A stretch of DNA of 51,841 nt, taken from contig DASTCK010000025.1 of the NCBI GenBank assembly GCA_035711225.1, positions 1 to 51,841 on the forward strand. Direction: 5' to 3'. The stretch comes from Casimicrobiaceae bacterium. GTDB lineage: Bacteria > Pseudomonadota > Gammaproteobacteria > Burkholderiales > Casimicrobiaceae. This document shows positions 20,740 through 29,799 of this stretch, piece after piece. Made by a program: the position numbers and the translations under genes. How positions within the stretch are numbered: the stretch's first letter is position 1; every line of letters starts with the position of its first letter. The notes under the pieces were generated by a model. It was not told the DNA's origin and made no database searches. It saw nothing but the letters and a program-made list of their open reading frames with translations.

Positions 20740-23226
20740 TCAGCGTCCGCGGATGCCGCCGCGGTAGGCGTCCCGGGCCGGGTAGAGCAGCACGCGGTCG
20801 ACGCGCGCGGCCGCGACGTCCGCGCCGTAGGCGATCTCGAGCTTCACCTGCACGGCGATGGCGTCGCGCCAGTCCGCCGGCCAGCGCAGCGGGACACGCT
20901 CGCCTCCCGCGGCGCGGCCGATCTCGCGCCACGGCGTGTCGGGGGCGACGCGCGCGTGCACGGCGATCGATTGCGGCGCCGGTCCCGACCATGCGCGAAC
21001 GACCGCGAGGTCGATGCGCTTCGCGCGGATCACCTGGTCGACCGGCGACACCAGCTCGACCACGCCGCGATCCGGGGCGACGGCGAGGTGGCTTCGTCCG
21101 GGCGTCAGCGTCCCGCGCGACGTCGTCCAGCCGTCGTCGGACGCGAGCCGCGCCGTGCCGAACGTCCACAGCTTGGCGCCGAACGGCAGGTCGGCGTGCG
21201 AAACGAGGAAGTCGCGCATCGCGTCCTCGTTGGGCGTGTTGCGCCAGGCCGTGTAGGGCAGGTAGTCGGGATGGTCCTCGTAGATGCCGTTGCTGCCGTT
21301 CCACGCCATGATCGACACTTCGCGCGCGCTGTAGTTGAACATGTCGCGCAGCGACCCGTAGGTCCACGCGTAGGGCGGCTTGAGCTTCGGCGTCTTGAGG
21401 TCCGCCGAGTTGAACTCGACCACGCCCCAGCCCTCGTCCATGCGGGCGAAGGTGGCGAACATCGTGTGCGGCACTTCCATCGGCAAGTCGTTGCGCGCGG
21501 CCTCGCCGTAGATCACCGCGCCGAGGTGCCCGTCGCGCGGAATCGCGCCTTCGACCGACACGCCGGACGAATCGTAGTTCTGGAGGTGGCTCGCGAGCGT
21601 CACGGCGAACGGGTTTCGGCCCGGGTCGGGGCGGATGAAGCCCTGCGCCGAGAAGATGCGATCGGGCGGGATGCCCGTCTCGCGCACCCAGGTCGATAGC
21701 TCGTCGTAGTGCAGGTCGACGACGTGCTTGCGGAACTCCTCCCACAGGTGCCACCACGGGTCGTCCCAGATGCGCAGCTTGCCGGGCGGGATCTCGGGCG
21801 TGATGTACGAGCCCGGAAACTCGCGCGGCGGGTCGACCTGGTCCCACGACGTCCACGGCTGGCGTGCGATCGCGGCGACCTGCGCCAGCGTGTACACGGT
21901 CTTGCGCCGGTACGCCCGGAGGTCGGGCGCGCCGTCCGCGGGGAGGCCCGCGTAGGGTCCGGTGCCGCGCAGCCAGTCGTGGTACTGCCGCAGCATGCCG
22001 GGGTTGTAGTCGAAGATCTTGTGGCCGCGGAAGAACGGGTTCATGTAGGTATCGGAATCGAGCACGATCCCGATGAACAGGTCCGGGTGCTCGCGCGCGA
22101 AACGCGCCACCAGGCTCGCGGCGGCCTTCAGGTTGCGCCGCTTGTAGCTCCGCACCGACGTCGCGTAGACGTTGTAGGTGAGGCTCCGTGCGAGCTGCGG
22201 CGATTCGGTCGAGCCGGCGTGCCCCTTCAGGTAGTCGTCGGGGAAGACCTCGTCCTTCTCGGTCCACTGGCAGTTGAGCTTGTCCTGCTCGAGATGGTCG
22301 GTGAGGTCCCACTCGGGCGTCTCGCACGACGCGTCGCCCCAGATTCCGCCGTTCAGGATGAACTGCACCGGCACGCGCTTCTCGACCGCGAAGCGGAGGA
22401 CGCCGTTCAGCGTGTCCTCGGCGACCGCGTGGTTCGCGCACTTCGTGCCCTTGGTGTCGAAGTCCGGGTCGAACACCCAGTCCCCGGCCCTGCCCCGCGT
22501 CGTGCGCATGTAGAGGATCGGCACCGACATGCCGACCTTCTGCGTGCGCGAGCGGTAGTCGACGTACTGCGAGTCGACCTCGTGCGCGCCGCCGAGGCCC
22601 ACGCCCGACGTCATCATCAGGAACGAAAAAGGCTGGCGCGCGAGCGCGGGACGCTCGTCGAGGAGCGCCTTCCACTGCGTCATCGCGGCGGGAGGGATCA
22701 GGCTCCGGCGCGCCAGAACCGCCTCCCGCCCGTTCTTCGCGATCGCGACGACGACGACGTCGTGTCGCATCGGCGACAGGTCGCCGAAGTCGCCCTCGAA
22801 GGTGAAGCCGCCGTTCGGGTTGTCCGGGAAGCCCGGCTTCACCTTCGCCACGTCCTCGCGCGCGGTCCCGTAGCGCGCCTGGTAGATGCGGTCGTCGACG
22901 CGCACCTCGACGCGCGCGATGCCTCCCTGCGCGAGCGCCCACCCGTTCATCGCGAGCTTCGTGCCGACGATGCTCTCGCTCGCCGGCGCGTCGAGCCAGC
23001 CTTCGGGGGCGGGGAGGGCTGCCGGGGCGACGGTCGGCGTCGCGCCGGTCGTCGCCGGCGCGGGTGCGGTCGCGACCTGCGCGGGCGGGGCGCCGACGCG
23101 GCCATATTTCTGGACCGCATAGAACTCGACACCGGCGAGCGCGACGATCGCCCCGAGGATTCCGACGATGACCTTCGGAATGCGGCCGTTCTGGTGGAGG
23201 CGGGAGGAGGGCATTCGTGGCGTCAT
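20740..23226 (-). CDS. Membrane-anchored/exported protein with Ig-like domain and putative glycoside hydrolase TIM barrel
   Basis: N-terminal hydrophobic anchor, GWLDAP...GWA...V.VRVD...R.DV...GF Ig-like motif, aromatic-rich core with LWEEFRK and WGVVEFN; strong codon bias. Confidence 0.6.
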   Translation of the reverse strand: MTPRMPSSRLHQNGRIPKVIVGILGAIVALAGVEFYAVQKYGRVGAPPAQVATAPAPATTGATPTVAPAALPAPEGWLDAPASESIVGTKLAMNGWALAQGGIARVEVRVDDRIYQARYGTAREDVAKVKPGFPDNPNGGFTFEGDFGDLSPMRHDVVVVAIAKNGREAVLARRSLIPPAAMTQWKALLDERPALARQPFSFLMMTSGVGLGGAHEVDSQYVDYRSRTQKVGMSVPILYMRTTRGRAGDWVFDPDFDTKGTKCANHAVAEDTLNGVLRFAVEKRVPVQFILNGGIWGDASCETPEWDLTDHLEQDKLNCQWTEKDEVFPDDYLKGHAGSTESPQLARSLTYNVYATSVRSYKRRNLKAAASLVARFAREHPDLFIGIVLDSDTYMNPFFRGHKIFDYNPGMLRQYHDWLRGTGPYAGLPADGAPDLRAYRRKTVYTLAQVAAIARQPWTSWDQVDPPREFPGSYITPEIPPGKLRIWDDPWWHLWEEFRKHVVDLHYDELSTWVRETGIPPDRIFSAQGFIRPDPGRNPFAVTLASHLQNYDSSGVSVEGAIPRDGHLGAVIYGEAARNDLPMEVPHTMFATFARMDEGWGVVEFNSADLKTPKLKPPYAWTYGSLRDMFNYSAREVSIMAWNGSNGIYEDHPDYLPYTAWRNTPNEDAMRDFLVSHADLPFGAKLWTFGTARLASDDGWTTSRGTLTPGRSHLAVAPDRGVVELVSPVDQVIRAKRIDLAVVRAWSGPAPQSIAVHARVAPDTPWREIGRAAGGERVPLRWPADWRDAIAVQVKLEIAYGADVAAARVDRVLLYPARDAYRGGIRGR

Positions 23227-23231
23227 GACTT

Positions 23232-23311
23232 CGGGAGTCGGGTGCGCAAACCGACCCCGACGGATCAGGTTGCGAACCCGACTCCATCGGATCTGGTCGC
23301 CAACCCAACCC
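23232..23311. repeat. REP-like palindrome cluster (family B, GGTCAGGTTGCGAACCYGAC)
   Basis: Three degenerate copies, e.g. GGATCAGGTTGCGAACCCGAC; same motif at 25773-25930. Confidence 0.7.
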
Positions 23312-23331
23312 GGGAATTGTAGCGGCGGTCG

Positions 23332-23796
23332 TCAGCGCAAAGGCTTGGTCATGATCGCGCAGTCGAGCCACGCGCCGGGTGCGAGCTCGTGGCGAGCCGG
23401 ACATTCATTGCGCCATCCCAGCGCCTCGTAGAACGGCACGGCGTTCAGCGATGCATCGAGGGTAAGCGCCGAGCGCCCGTGCTCGCGCGCTGCTCGCTCG
23501 ATGCCTTCCATCAGCGCGCGACCGACGCCCTGCCGGTCGAAGTCGGGATCGACGTAGCACGCCTTGACGAGTCCTTCCACGGGATCGAGCTCGGCGAATC
23601 CGGCGATGCGTCCACTCTCGTCGCAAGCGACCAGCACGACCTGCGTCGCGATCGGCACCAGGTACGAAGAGGGCGTCGTGCGGCCCGACCAGGCGACGAT
23701 CGTGTCGGCGCCGTAGTGCGCCGAAGCGGTCTCGCGGATCGCGCGCGTGTGGATGGCCCAGAGGGCCGGGGCGTCCGCCGGGACGGCGGAGCGCAG
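23332..23796 (-). CDS. GNAT family N-acetyltransferase (start codon uncertain)
   Basis: LRSAVPADA, YVDP...RQGVGRALM, LDASLNAVPFYEALGW; only CTG available as a nearby start. Confidence 0.8.
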   Translation of the reverse strand: MRSAVPADAPALWAIHTRAIRETASAHYGADTIVAWSGRTTPSSYLVPIATQVVLVACDESGRIAGFAELDPVEGLVKACYVDPDFDRQGVGRALMEGIERAAREHGRSALTLDASLNAVPFYEALGWRNECPARHELAPGAWLDCAIMTKPLR

Positions 23797-23824
23797 GCGC
23801 CAGCGCGTCGACGTGCCGGCGCGC

Positions 23825-24031
23825 TCAGAGCTCGCTGAAGTAGACGTACGAGCTCTGCGGGACGCGGCCTTCGTCCATGCGGTTGCGCTCGGCGAGCTCT
23901 CGCGGCGTCTTGTCCCACCAGATCGCGCGGCCCTTCTTCTGCTCGGCGACGACCTCGGGCCTCTTCTCGAGCACCTCGCGGATGAACTTCGTGTGGTCGG
24001 AGACGTAATGGCGGGAGGGAAGCATTCCCAT
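23825..24031 (-). CDS. DUF3460-like small protein
   Basis: YVSDHTKFI, QKKGRAIWWDK, VPQSSYVY. Confidence 0.8.
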   Translation of the reverse strand: MGMLPSRHYVSDHTKFIREVLEKRPEVVAEQKKGRAIWWDKTPRELAERNRMDEGRVPQSSYVYFSEL

Positions 24032-24066
24032 GGCGGGCTCGCTGGAGGGTGCGTCAACCCAGCATT

Positions 24067-25212
24067 CTACGCTTCGAGCCTGCCGCTGACGATCCGGTAC
24101 GCGTAGAGGCGGCACTCGATCGCGCCGTTCCACAGCGGGATGCGCTTGTCGGCCTTGAGCCCGATCTTCTTCGGGAGCTCGGTGTCGCCGGAGAAGAGCC
24201 ACGCGCTCCAGCCCGCGAAGCGCGCCTTCAGCGCGTCGCCGAGCTTCGGGTACATCGCGGCGATGCGCGCCTTGTCGTCGAGCCGGATGCCGTACGGTGG
24301 ATTGGCGACGATCACGCCGGCGGACGCGGGCGCGGCACGCACGAGCACGTCGGCCTGCTCGACGTGCAGGAACGCGTCGACCTGCGCGAGTGCGGCGTTG
24401 GCGCGCGTCGTGGCGACGGCGGCGGATAGCCGGTCGCTCGCGAACACGAGCGGCGACGCCGGTGCAGACTTGATGCGGTCGCGCGCCCGCTGCTTCAGCC
24501 GCTGCCACGTCGGCCCGTCGAACCACGCGAGCTTCTGGAAGCCGAAGGTGCGCGCGAGCCCGGGCGCGCGATCGGCGGCCATCGACGCGGCCTCGATCGC
24601 GATCGTGCCGCTGCCGCACATCGGGTCGAGGAAGGCGGTGTCCGGTTGCCATCCCGACAGTGCGATCAACCCCGCAGCGAGATTCTCGCGGATCGGCGCG
24701 TCCTCGGCGTCGCGCCGCCAGCCGCGCTTGAACAGCGGCTCGCCCGAGGTGTCGAGGTAGAACGTCGCCTCGCGGTCGGTGAGGTAGGCGTTGATGCGCA
24801 CGTCGGCCGCGCGCTTGTCGACCGACGGCCGCTTGCCCTGCTCGTCGCGAAAGCGGTCGCACACCGCGTCCTTGACCGTCAGCGTCGCGAACTCGAGGCT
24901 GCGCAACGGCGAACGCGTCGCCGCGACGTCGACGCGGATCGTGCGGTCGGCGCGGAACTGCCTGGGCCAGTCGATCGCGCGCGCGAGCGCATTGAGCTCG
25001 CGCTCGTCGCGGTAGGGGCCGATCCCGACCTGCCACAGCACGCGGCTCGCGAGGCGCGACTCGAGGTTGACGCGGTAGGCGAGCTCGAGCGGGCCCGCGA
25101 AGGCGGCGCCGCCGTCGACTGGGGCGATCGACTGTGCGCCGAGGCGGCCGAGCTCCTCGACGAGCGCGCCTTCGAGCCCGCGCGGACAGGGCGCAAAGAA
25201 ACGTTCAGCCAT
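24067..25212 (-). CDS. rlmL: THUMP-domain SAM-dependent RNA methyltransferase (RlmL-like)
   Basis: YLDTSGEPLFKRGWR, APIRENLAAG, DPMCGSGT, NPPYG. Confidence 0.85.
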   Translation of the reverse strand: MAERFFAPCPRGLEGALVEELGRLGAQSIAPVDGGAAFAGPLELAYRVNLESRLASRVLWQVGIGPYRDERELNALARAIDWPRQFRADRTIRVDVAATRSPLRSLEFATLTVKDAVCDRFRDEQGKRPSVDKRAADVRINAYLTDREATFYLDTSGEPLFKRGWRRDAEDAPIRENLAAGLIALSGWQPDTAFLDPMCGSGTIAIEAASMAADRAPGLARTFGFQKLAWFDGPTWQRLKQRARDRIKSAPASPLVFASDRLSAAVATTRANAALAQVDAFLHVEQADVLVRAAPASAGVIVANPPYGIRLDDKARIAAMYPKLGDALKARFAGWSAWLFSGDTELPKKIGLKADKRIPLWNGAIECRLYAYRIVSGRLEA

Positions 25213-25229
25213 GCAGCGGGCTCTGCAAC

Positions 25230-25256
25230 GTCATTCCCGCGAAGGCGGGAAGCCAG
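25230..25256. repeat. REP-like element GTCATTCCCGCGAAGGCGGGAAGCCAG
   Basis: Hairpin TTCCCGC-GAAG-GCGGGAA of the widespread proteobacterial GTCATTCCCGCG..GCGGGAATCCA class. Confidence 0.7.
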
Positions 25257-25344
25257 CATCGTTGCCGGCACGACGGAGAGTCGCCGGGTTTCCGCGTTTG
25301 CTCGACCGTCGATCGGGGGCCATCACGAATGCCCGCTTCCGGGG

Positions 25345-25767
25345 CTAGAACGGCTTCATGACGGCGAGGAACACGGCGCCGATGAGGATCGGCAACGCGG
25401 GGATCTCGTTCAGCCAGCGGAAGAACACGTGGCCGTGGCGATTGCGATCGAGCGCGAAGTCGCGCACGAGGAATCCCAGGTAGGCGTGGAAGACGACCAG
25501 GACCACCACGAGCGCGACCTTGGCGTGCAGCCAGCCGCCCGCGAAGCCGTAGCCCAGCCACAGCCACAGGCCGAAGACGATCGTGAGCACCGCGGACGGC
25601 GTCATGATGCCGCGGAAGAGCTTGCGCTCCATCACCTTGAAGCGCTCGTTGCCGAGGCGGTCGTCGGGTGGGGTCTGCGCGTGGTAGACGAACAGCCGCG
25701 GCAGGTAGAAGAGCCCCGCGAACCAGGCCACCATGAAGATGATGTGCAGCGACTTGACGATCAGCAT
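25345..25767 (-). CDS. hemJ: Protoporphyrinogen oxidase HemJ (CopD-like family)
   Basis: KSLHIIF..AWFAGLFYLPRLFVYHA, MERKL, WLHAK, FRWLNEIP, KPF. Confidence 0.9.
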   Translation of the reverse strand: MLIVKSLHIIFMVAWFAGLFYLPRLFVYHAQTPPDDRLGNERFKVMERKLFRGIMTPSAVLTIVFGLWLWLGYGFAGGWLHAKVALVVVLVVFHAYLGFLVRDFALDRNRHGHVFFRWLNEIPALPILIGAVFLAVMKPF

Positions 25768-25772
25768 CGGAA

Positions 25773-25930
25773 GGGGTCGGGTTCGCAGCTCGGGTCGGGT
25801 TCGCAGCTCAGACGTCGGGTTCGCAACCTGACCCGCCGTCGGGGTCAGGTTGCGAACCTAACCCCCGAAGCCGGGGCAAGTGGTAGTGAGAAGAGGGGCC
25901 GGGTTTCGAACCAGGTTGCGAAAGCCGCCC
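25773..25930. repeat. REP-like palindrome cluster (family B)
   Basis: GTCGGGTTCGCA x3 then inverted GGGTCAGGTTGCGAACC and CCAGGTTGCGAA. Confidence 0.75.
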
Positions 25931-25944
25931 CCGGAGGTTGGCGC

Positions 25945-26748
25945 TCACTTGAGCAACCGCCTGCGCGTCAGCACGACCGCCACGTAGAACGCCACGACCG
26001 CGTACGCGACCAGCACCGCGAGGTGCAGCACGACGCCATCGGGGACGCGCGCGAGCATCAGCGGGCGCGCGATGTCGATCGCATGCTTGAGCGGCAGCAC
26101 GTTGGCGGCCGTCGCGAGCCAACCGGGCATCTGCTCGACCGGGAAATACACGCCGGAGAGGAGCAGCATCGGCGTGATCACCAGCGTGAAGAAGTAGGTG
26201 AAGAAATCGTAGCCGGGGGCGAGCGCGTTCATCACGAGGCCGAACGCGCCGAACACGAGCCCGACCAGGAAGCCGAGCGGCAGGATCCACAGCGCGAGCC
26301 AGGTGTGGCCGAAGCCGAGCGCCATGATGACCGCCAGGATCGCCGTCGTCGACATCACCGCCTTGGTGCCCGTCCACACCCACTCGGCGAGCACGACGTC
26401 GTCGAGCGCGATGGGCGCGTTGATGATGCCCTCCCAGGTGCGCTGCACGTGCATGCGCGAGAACGCCGAGTACATCCCCTCGAAGCTCGCCGTGAACATC
26501 GCGCTCTGGCAGACCATGCCGGTGCCGATGAACGCGACGTAGGGCATGCCGCCGACGTCGCCGACCAGCGCGCCCAGACCATAGCCCAGCGCGAGCATGT
26601 AGAGCAGCGGGTCGGCGATGTTGCCGAGGATGCTCGCGAACGCGAGCTTGCGCCACACGAGCAGGTTGCGCCGCCACACCGGAACGAAGCGCAGCGACAG
26701 GCCGGGGAGCTCGATCAGGCGGGTGGGAAGCGCAAAGGAGGAGGCCAT
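25945..26748 (-). CDS. nodJ: ABC-2 permease, NodJ-like
   Basis: VWRRNLLVWRK, S.LGNIADPL.Y, YSAFSRM..QRTWE.I, YDFFTYFFTLVITPM. Confidence 0.85.
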   Translation of the reverse strand: MASSFALPTRLIELPGLSLRFVPVWRRNLLVWRKLAFASILGNIADPLLYMLALGYGLGALVGDVGGMPYVAFIGTGMVCQSAMFTASFEGMYSAFSRMHVQRTWEGIINAPIALDDVVLAEWVWTGTKAVMSTTAILAVIMALGFGHTWLALWILPLGFLVGLVFGAFGLVMNALAPGYDFFTYFFTLVITPMLLLSGVYFPVEQMPGWLATAANVLPLKHAIDIARPLMLARVPDGVVLHLAVLVAYAVVAFYVAVVLTRRRLLK

Positions 26749-26819
26749 CGTCGCGGCGATTCTAGCTTGGCTCGCCGGATGGTACGCTGAAGCGTCCTGC
26801 TCGCCACGGAGGAGTTCCC

Positions 26820-27611
26820 ATGCGTACGCTCTTGCTGGGTGCGGCGCTCGCCCTGTCGTTCGGCCACGCCGGCGCCGCCATCAAGGAAACCCCGGTCACC
26901 TACCGCGACGGCACGACGACCCTCAAGGGCTACGTCGTGTACGACGACGCGACCCGCGCCAGGCGGCCGGGCGTGCTCGTGGTTCCCGAGTGGTGGGGGA
27001 TCACGCGCCACGTCCGCGGCGAGGCGCGAAGGCTCGCCGAGCAGGGCTACACGGCGTTCATCACCGACATGTACGGCGACGGGAAGACCGCCGACAACCC
27101 GACCGACGCCGGGGCGCTGTACGCGAGCGTGATGGACCGCCCGGCCGTGATGCAGTCGCGCTTCAACGCGGCGAAGGACGCGCTAGCGAAGCATCCGACG
27201 GTCGACCGGTCGCGGATCGCGGCCATCGGCTTCTGCTTCGGCGGCGGCGTCGTGCTCAACATGGCACGCACGGGAGCGGACCTCAAGGGCGTCGCAGCCT
27301 TCCACGCCGGCCTCGGCGCGAACGTCCCGGCCGCGACGCCGGGCAAGGTCAAGGCGAAGGTCCTGGTGCTGAACGGCGCGGAAGACCCGTTCATCAAGCC
27401 CGAGGAGGTCGGCGCGTTCAAGCAGGAGATGCAGATGGCGAAGGTCGACTACCGCTACGTCGACTACCCGGGCGCGGTGCACGCGTTCACCAACCCGGAC
27501 GCGACCGAGGCGGGCCGGAAGTTCAAGCTTCCCCTCAGGTACGACGCGAAGGCGGACAAGCAGTCGAAGGCCGAGGCCGACAGGTTCCTGGCCGCGGTCC
27601 TCGCCAGATAG
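26820..27611 (+). CDS. Exported dienelactone hydrolase family protein
   Basis: Signal peptide, VVPEWWG, GFCFGG nucleophile motif, HAFTNP; RBS GGAG. Confidence 0.9.
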   Translation: MRTLLLGAALALSFGHAGAAIKETPVTYRDGTTTLKGYVVYDDATRARRPGVLVVPEWWGITRHVRGEARRLAEQGYTAFITDMYGDGKTADNPTDAGALYASVMDRPAVMQSRFNAAKDALAKHPTVDRSRIAAIGFCFGGGVVLNMARTGADLKGVAAFHAGLGANVPAATPGKVKAKVLVLNGAEDPFIKPEEVGAFKQEMQMAKVDYRYVDYPGAVHAFTNPDATEAGRKFKLPLRYDAKADKQSKAEADRFLAAVLAR

Positions 27612-27616
27612 CCGGC

Positions 27617-28579
27617 CTAGTCGCGCAGCTCCCGGCCAGTGAGCTTGATGAACAGGTCCTCGAGGTTCGCCGGCCGGTGCAGGTAATGCACGCCGTCGCG
27701 CAGCGCGAGGTCGGCGAGCAGCGGCTGCGCGTCCATCGCGTAGCAGAACGCGGTCTCGCCGGCGAGCTCGAGGCGCTTGGCGAGCTTGCGACCGTGCTCG
27801 TCCGCCCACGCCTTCGCGCCGTCGCCGTACACCTCGACCACCTCGGGCTCCACGTGCTCGGCGATCAGCGCGCGCGGCGCGTCGCAGGCGATCATGCGGC
27901 CGTGGTCGATCACGGCGAGCCGCGAGCACAGCCGCTCCGCCTCGTCCATGAAATGCGTCGTCAGCAGGATCGTCTTGCCTTGCGCGAGCAGCTGGCGCAG
28001 CCCGTCCCAGATCAGGTGCCGCGCCTGCGGATCGAGACCGGTGGTCGGCTCGTCGAGGATCAGGAGCTCGGGATCGTTGACCAGCGCGCGCGCGAGCGTG
28101 AGGCGGCGCTTCATGCCGCCCGACAGCGTCCGGATGTGCGCGCGTGCCTTCGAGGCGAGCCCCGCGAACTCGAGCAGCCCGGGGATGCGCTTCGCGAGCG
28201 TCGCGCGATCGATGCCGAAGTAGCGCCCGTAGACGAGCAGGTTCTCGGTCACCGTGAAGTCGGGATCGAGGTTGTCCATCTGCGGCACGACGCCGACGCG
28301 GATGCGCGCCTCACGCGCGGCCCTGGGCACCGGCTCGCCGACGAGCTCGATCGCGCCGCCGTCCGGGTCGACGAGGCCCAGGCAGCAGCGCAGCGTGGTG
28401 GTCTTGCCCGCGCCGTTGGGGCCGAGCAGCCCGAAGCATTCGCCGCGGCGGATGTCGAACGACAGGCCGCGGACGACCTCGGTGCCGCCGTAGCGCTTGA
28501 CGAGCCCTTGCACCGACAGAACCCGGTCGCGCTCGCCGCTCGCGCGACGGGGCAGGACGCGCTCGACGATCGAGTCCAT
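27617..28579 (-). CDS. nodI: ABC ATP-binding protein, NodI-like
   Basis: [43 protein letters not shown]. Confidence 0.88.
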   Translation of the reverse strand: MDSIVERVLPRRASGERDRVLSVQGLVKRYGGTEVVRGLSFDIRRGECFGLLGPNGAGKTTTLRCCLGLVDPDGGAIELVGEPVPRAAREARIRVGVVPQMDNLDPDFTVTENLLVYGRYFGIDRATLAKRIPGLLEFAGLASKARAHIRTLSGGMKRRLTLARALVNDPELLILDEPTTGLDPQARHLIWDGLRQLLAQGKTILLTTHFMDEAERLCSRLAVIDHGRMIACDAPRALIAEHVEPEVVEVYGDGAKAWADEHGRKLAKRLELAGETAFCYAMDAQPLLADLALRDGVHYLHRPANLEDLFIKLTGRELRD

Positions 28580-29217
28580 CAGTGGCCCGGCGCGATGCCG
28601 CGATGCCACATGCCGGCGATCGTGTCGCGCAACTGCGGCAGGCGGCCATGGAAGAAGTGCGTGCAGCCGGGGAACACGACGATCGGCAGCGACTGCGGGC
28701 GTGCCCACTCGAGCACGTCGGCCAGCGGCACGATCTCGTCCTGCTCGCCGTGGATGACGATCGTGTCGGCGGGCACGTGCTCGATGGGGAAGCGCATCAC
28801 CGCGGGACCGACCAGCACGAGGCGCTCGGCGTCGAAGCGCTTCGCGATCCGCGTCTGCACGTACGCCCCGAACGAGAAGCCCGCCAGGGCGACCGGAAGG
28901 TGCGCGCCGTAGGTCGATCGCGCGTACGCGAGCGCGGCGAGACCGTCCTCGGTCTCGCCCTCGCCGTGGTCGAACACGCCCTGCGAGCCGCCGACGCCGC
29001 GGAAGTTGAAGCGCACCGCGACGTAGTCGAGCCCGTGGAACGTCTTCGCGAGCGTCTGCGCGACCTTGTTGTCGAGCGTGCCGCCCTGCTGCGGATGAGG
29101 GTGCGCGACGAGCGCGATCCCGCGCCGCGCGCTGTCGGGTGCGCTGACGACGACCTCGAGGTCGCCGGCGGGCCCCTCGATGAGCACCCTCCCGGTGGCG
29201 GCGGCGAAGCTTTGCAC
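28579..29217 (-). CDS. Alpha/beta hydrolase
   Basis: [35 protein letters not shown]; GTG start inferred. Confidence 0.9.
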   Translation of the reverse strand: MQSFAAATGRVLIEGPAGDLEVVVSAPDSARRGIALVAHPHPQQGGTLDNKVAQTLAKTFHGLDYVAVRFNFRGVGGSQGVFDHGEGETEDGLAALAYARSTYGAHLPVALAGFSFGAYVQTRIAKRFDAERLVLVGPAVMRFPIEHVPADTIVIHGEQDEIVPLADVLEWARPQSLPIVVFPGCTHFFHGRLPQLRDTIAGMWHRGIAPGH

Positions 29218-29258
29218 GATGGGGCGTTCGCGCGCGACGGTTCGCGCGGCGCGGTGCG

Positions 29259-29567
29259 TCAGATGCGGAGCCTCTCGACGACCTCGCCGTTCACGACGTG
29301 GCGGTCGATGATCTCGTCGATGTCGCTCCGGTCGACGTAGGTGTACCAGACGCCGTCCGGATAGACGACGACGCAGGGACCCTCCTCGCAGCGGTCGAGG
29401 CAGCCGGCCTTGTTCACGCGCACCTTGCCCTCCCCGGCGAGGCCGAGCGCCTTGACGCGGTCCTTCGCGTATTTCTGCATCTCGGCCGCGCCCGCGTTCG
29501 CGCAGCACTTCTCGGGCGGGTCGCGCTGGTTGAGGCAGAAGAAGACGTGGCGCTGGTAGTAGCTCAT
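29259..29567 (-). CDS. Thioredoxin-like [2Fe-2S] ferredoxin
   Basis: HVFFC.NQR...[21 protein letters not shown]. Confidence 0.92.
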   Translation of the reverse strand: MSYYQRHVFFCLNQRDPPEKCCANAGAAEMQKYAKDRVKALGLAGEGKVRVNKAGCLDRCEEGPCVVVYPDGVWYTYVDRSDIDEIIDRHVVNGEVVERLRI

Positions 29568-29659
29568 CGAAGGAGGGGGTGGCGCAAATGGGAATTGTAG
29601 CCGTTGGGGATTCGTGCACCGTCGGCGGCTCGCCAACAGGGGAGTGGGAGCCGACGCCG

Positions 29660-29799
29660 ACCCGGCGATGAAACCGGGGTCAGACCAGGGTCCGACCCCG
29701 ATGAGACCGGGGTCAGACCCTCCTCTGACCCCAGCGATGAGACCGGGGCCAGACCCTGCTCTGACCCACCGGCCCAGCGATGAGGCCGGTGTCGGACCC
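29660..29799. repeat. Tandem REP-like array (family A, CGATGARACCGGGGTCAGACC..CTGACCCC)
   Basis: Four units starting 29666, 29699, 29735 and 29778; the first three carry a GGGGTCAGA/TCTGACCCC-type hairpin, the fourth is a degenerate half. Confidence 0.85.

Noticed and set aside
25945-28579. nodIJ as evidence of nodulation
   Set aside because: NodIJ-like ABC exporters are widespread in non-symbiotic betaproteobacteria; no nodABC in the window
29660-29799. Possible mini CRISPR array
   Set aside because: Units are degenerate, irregularly spaced, lack unique 30-40 nt spacers, recur as dispersed singles, and no cas genes are present
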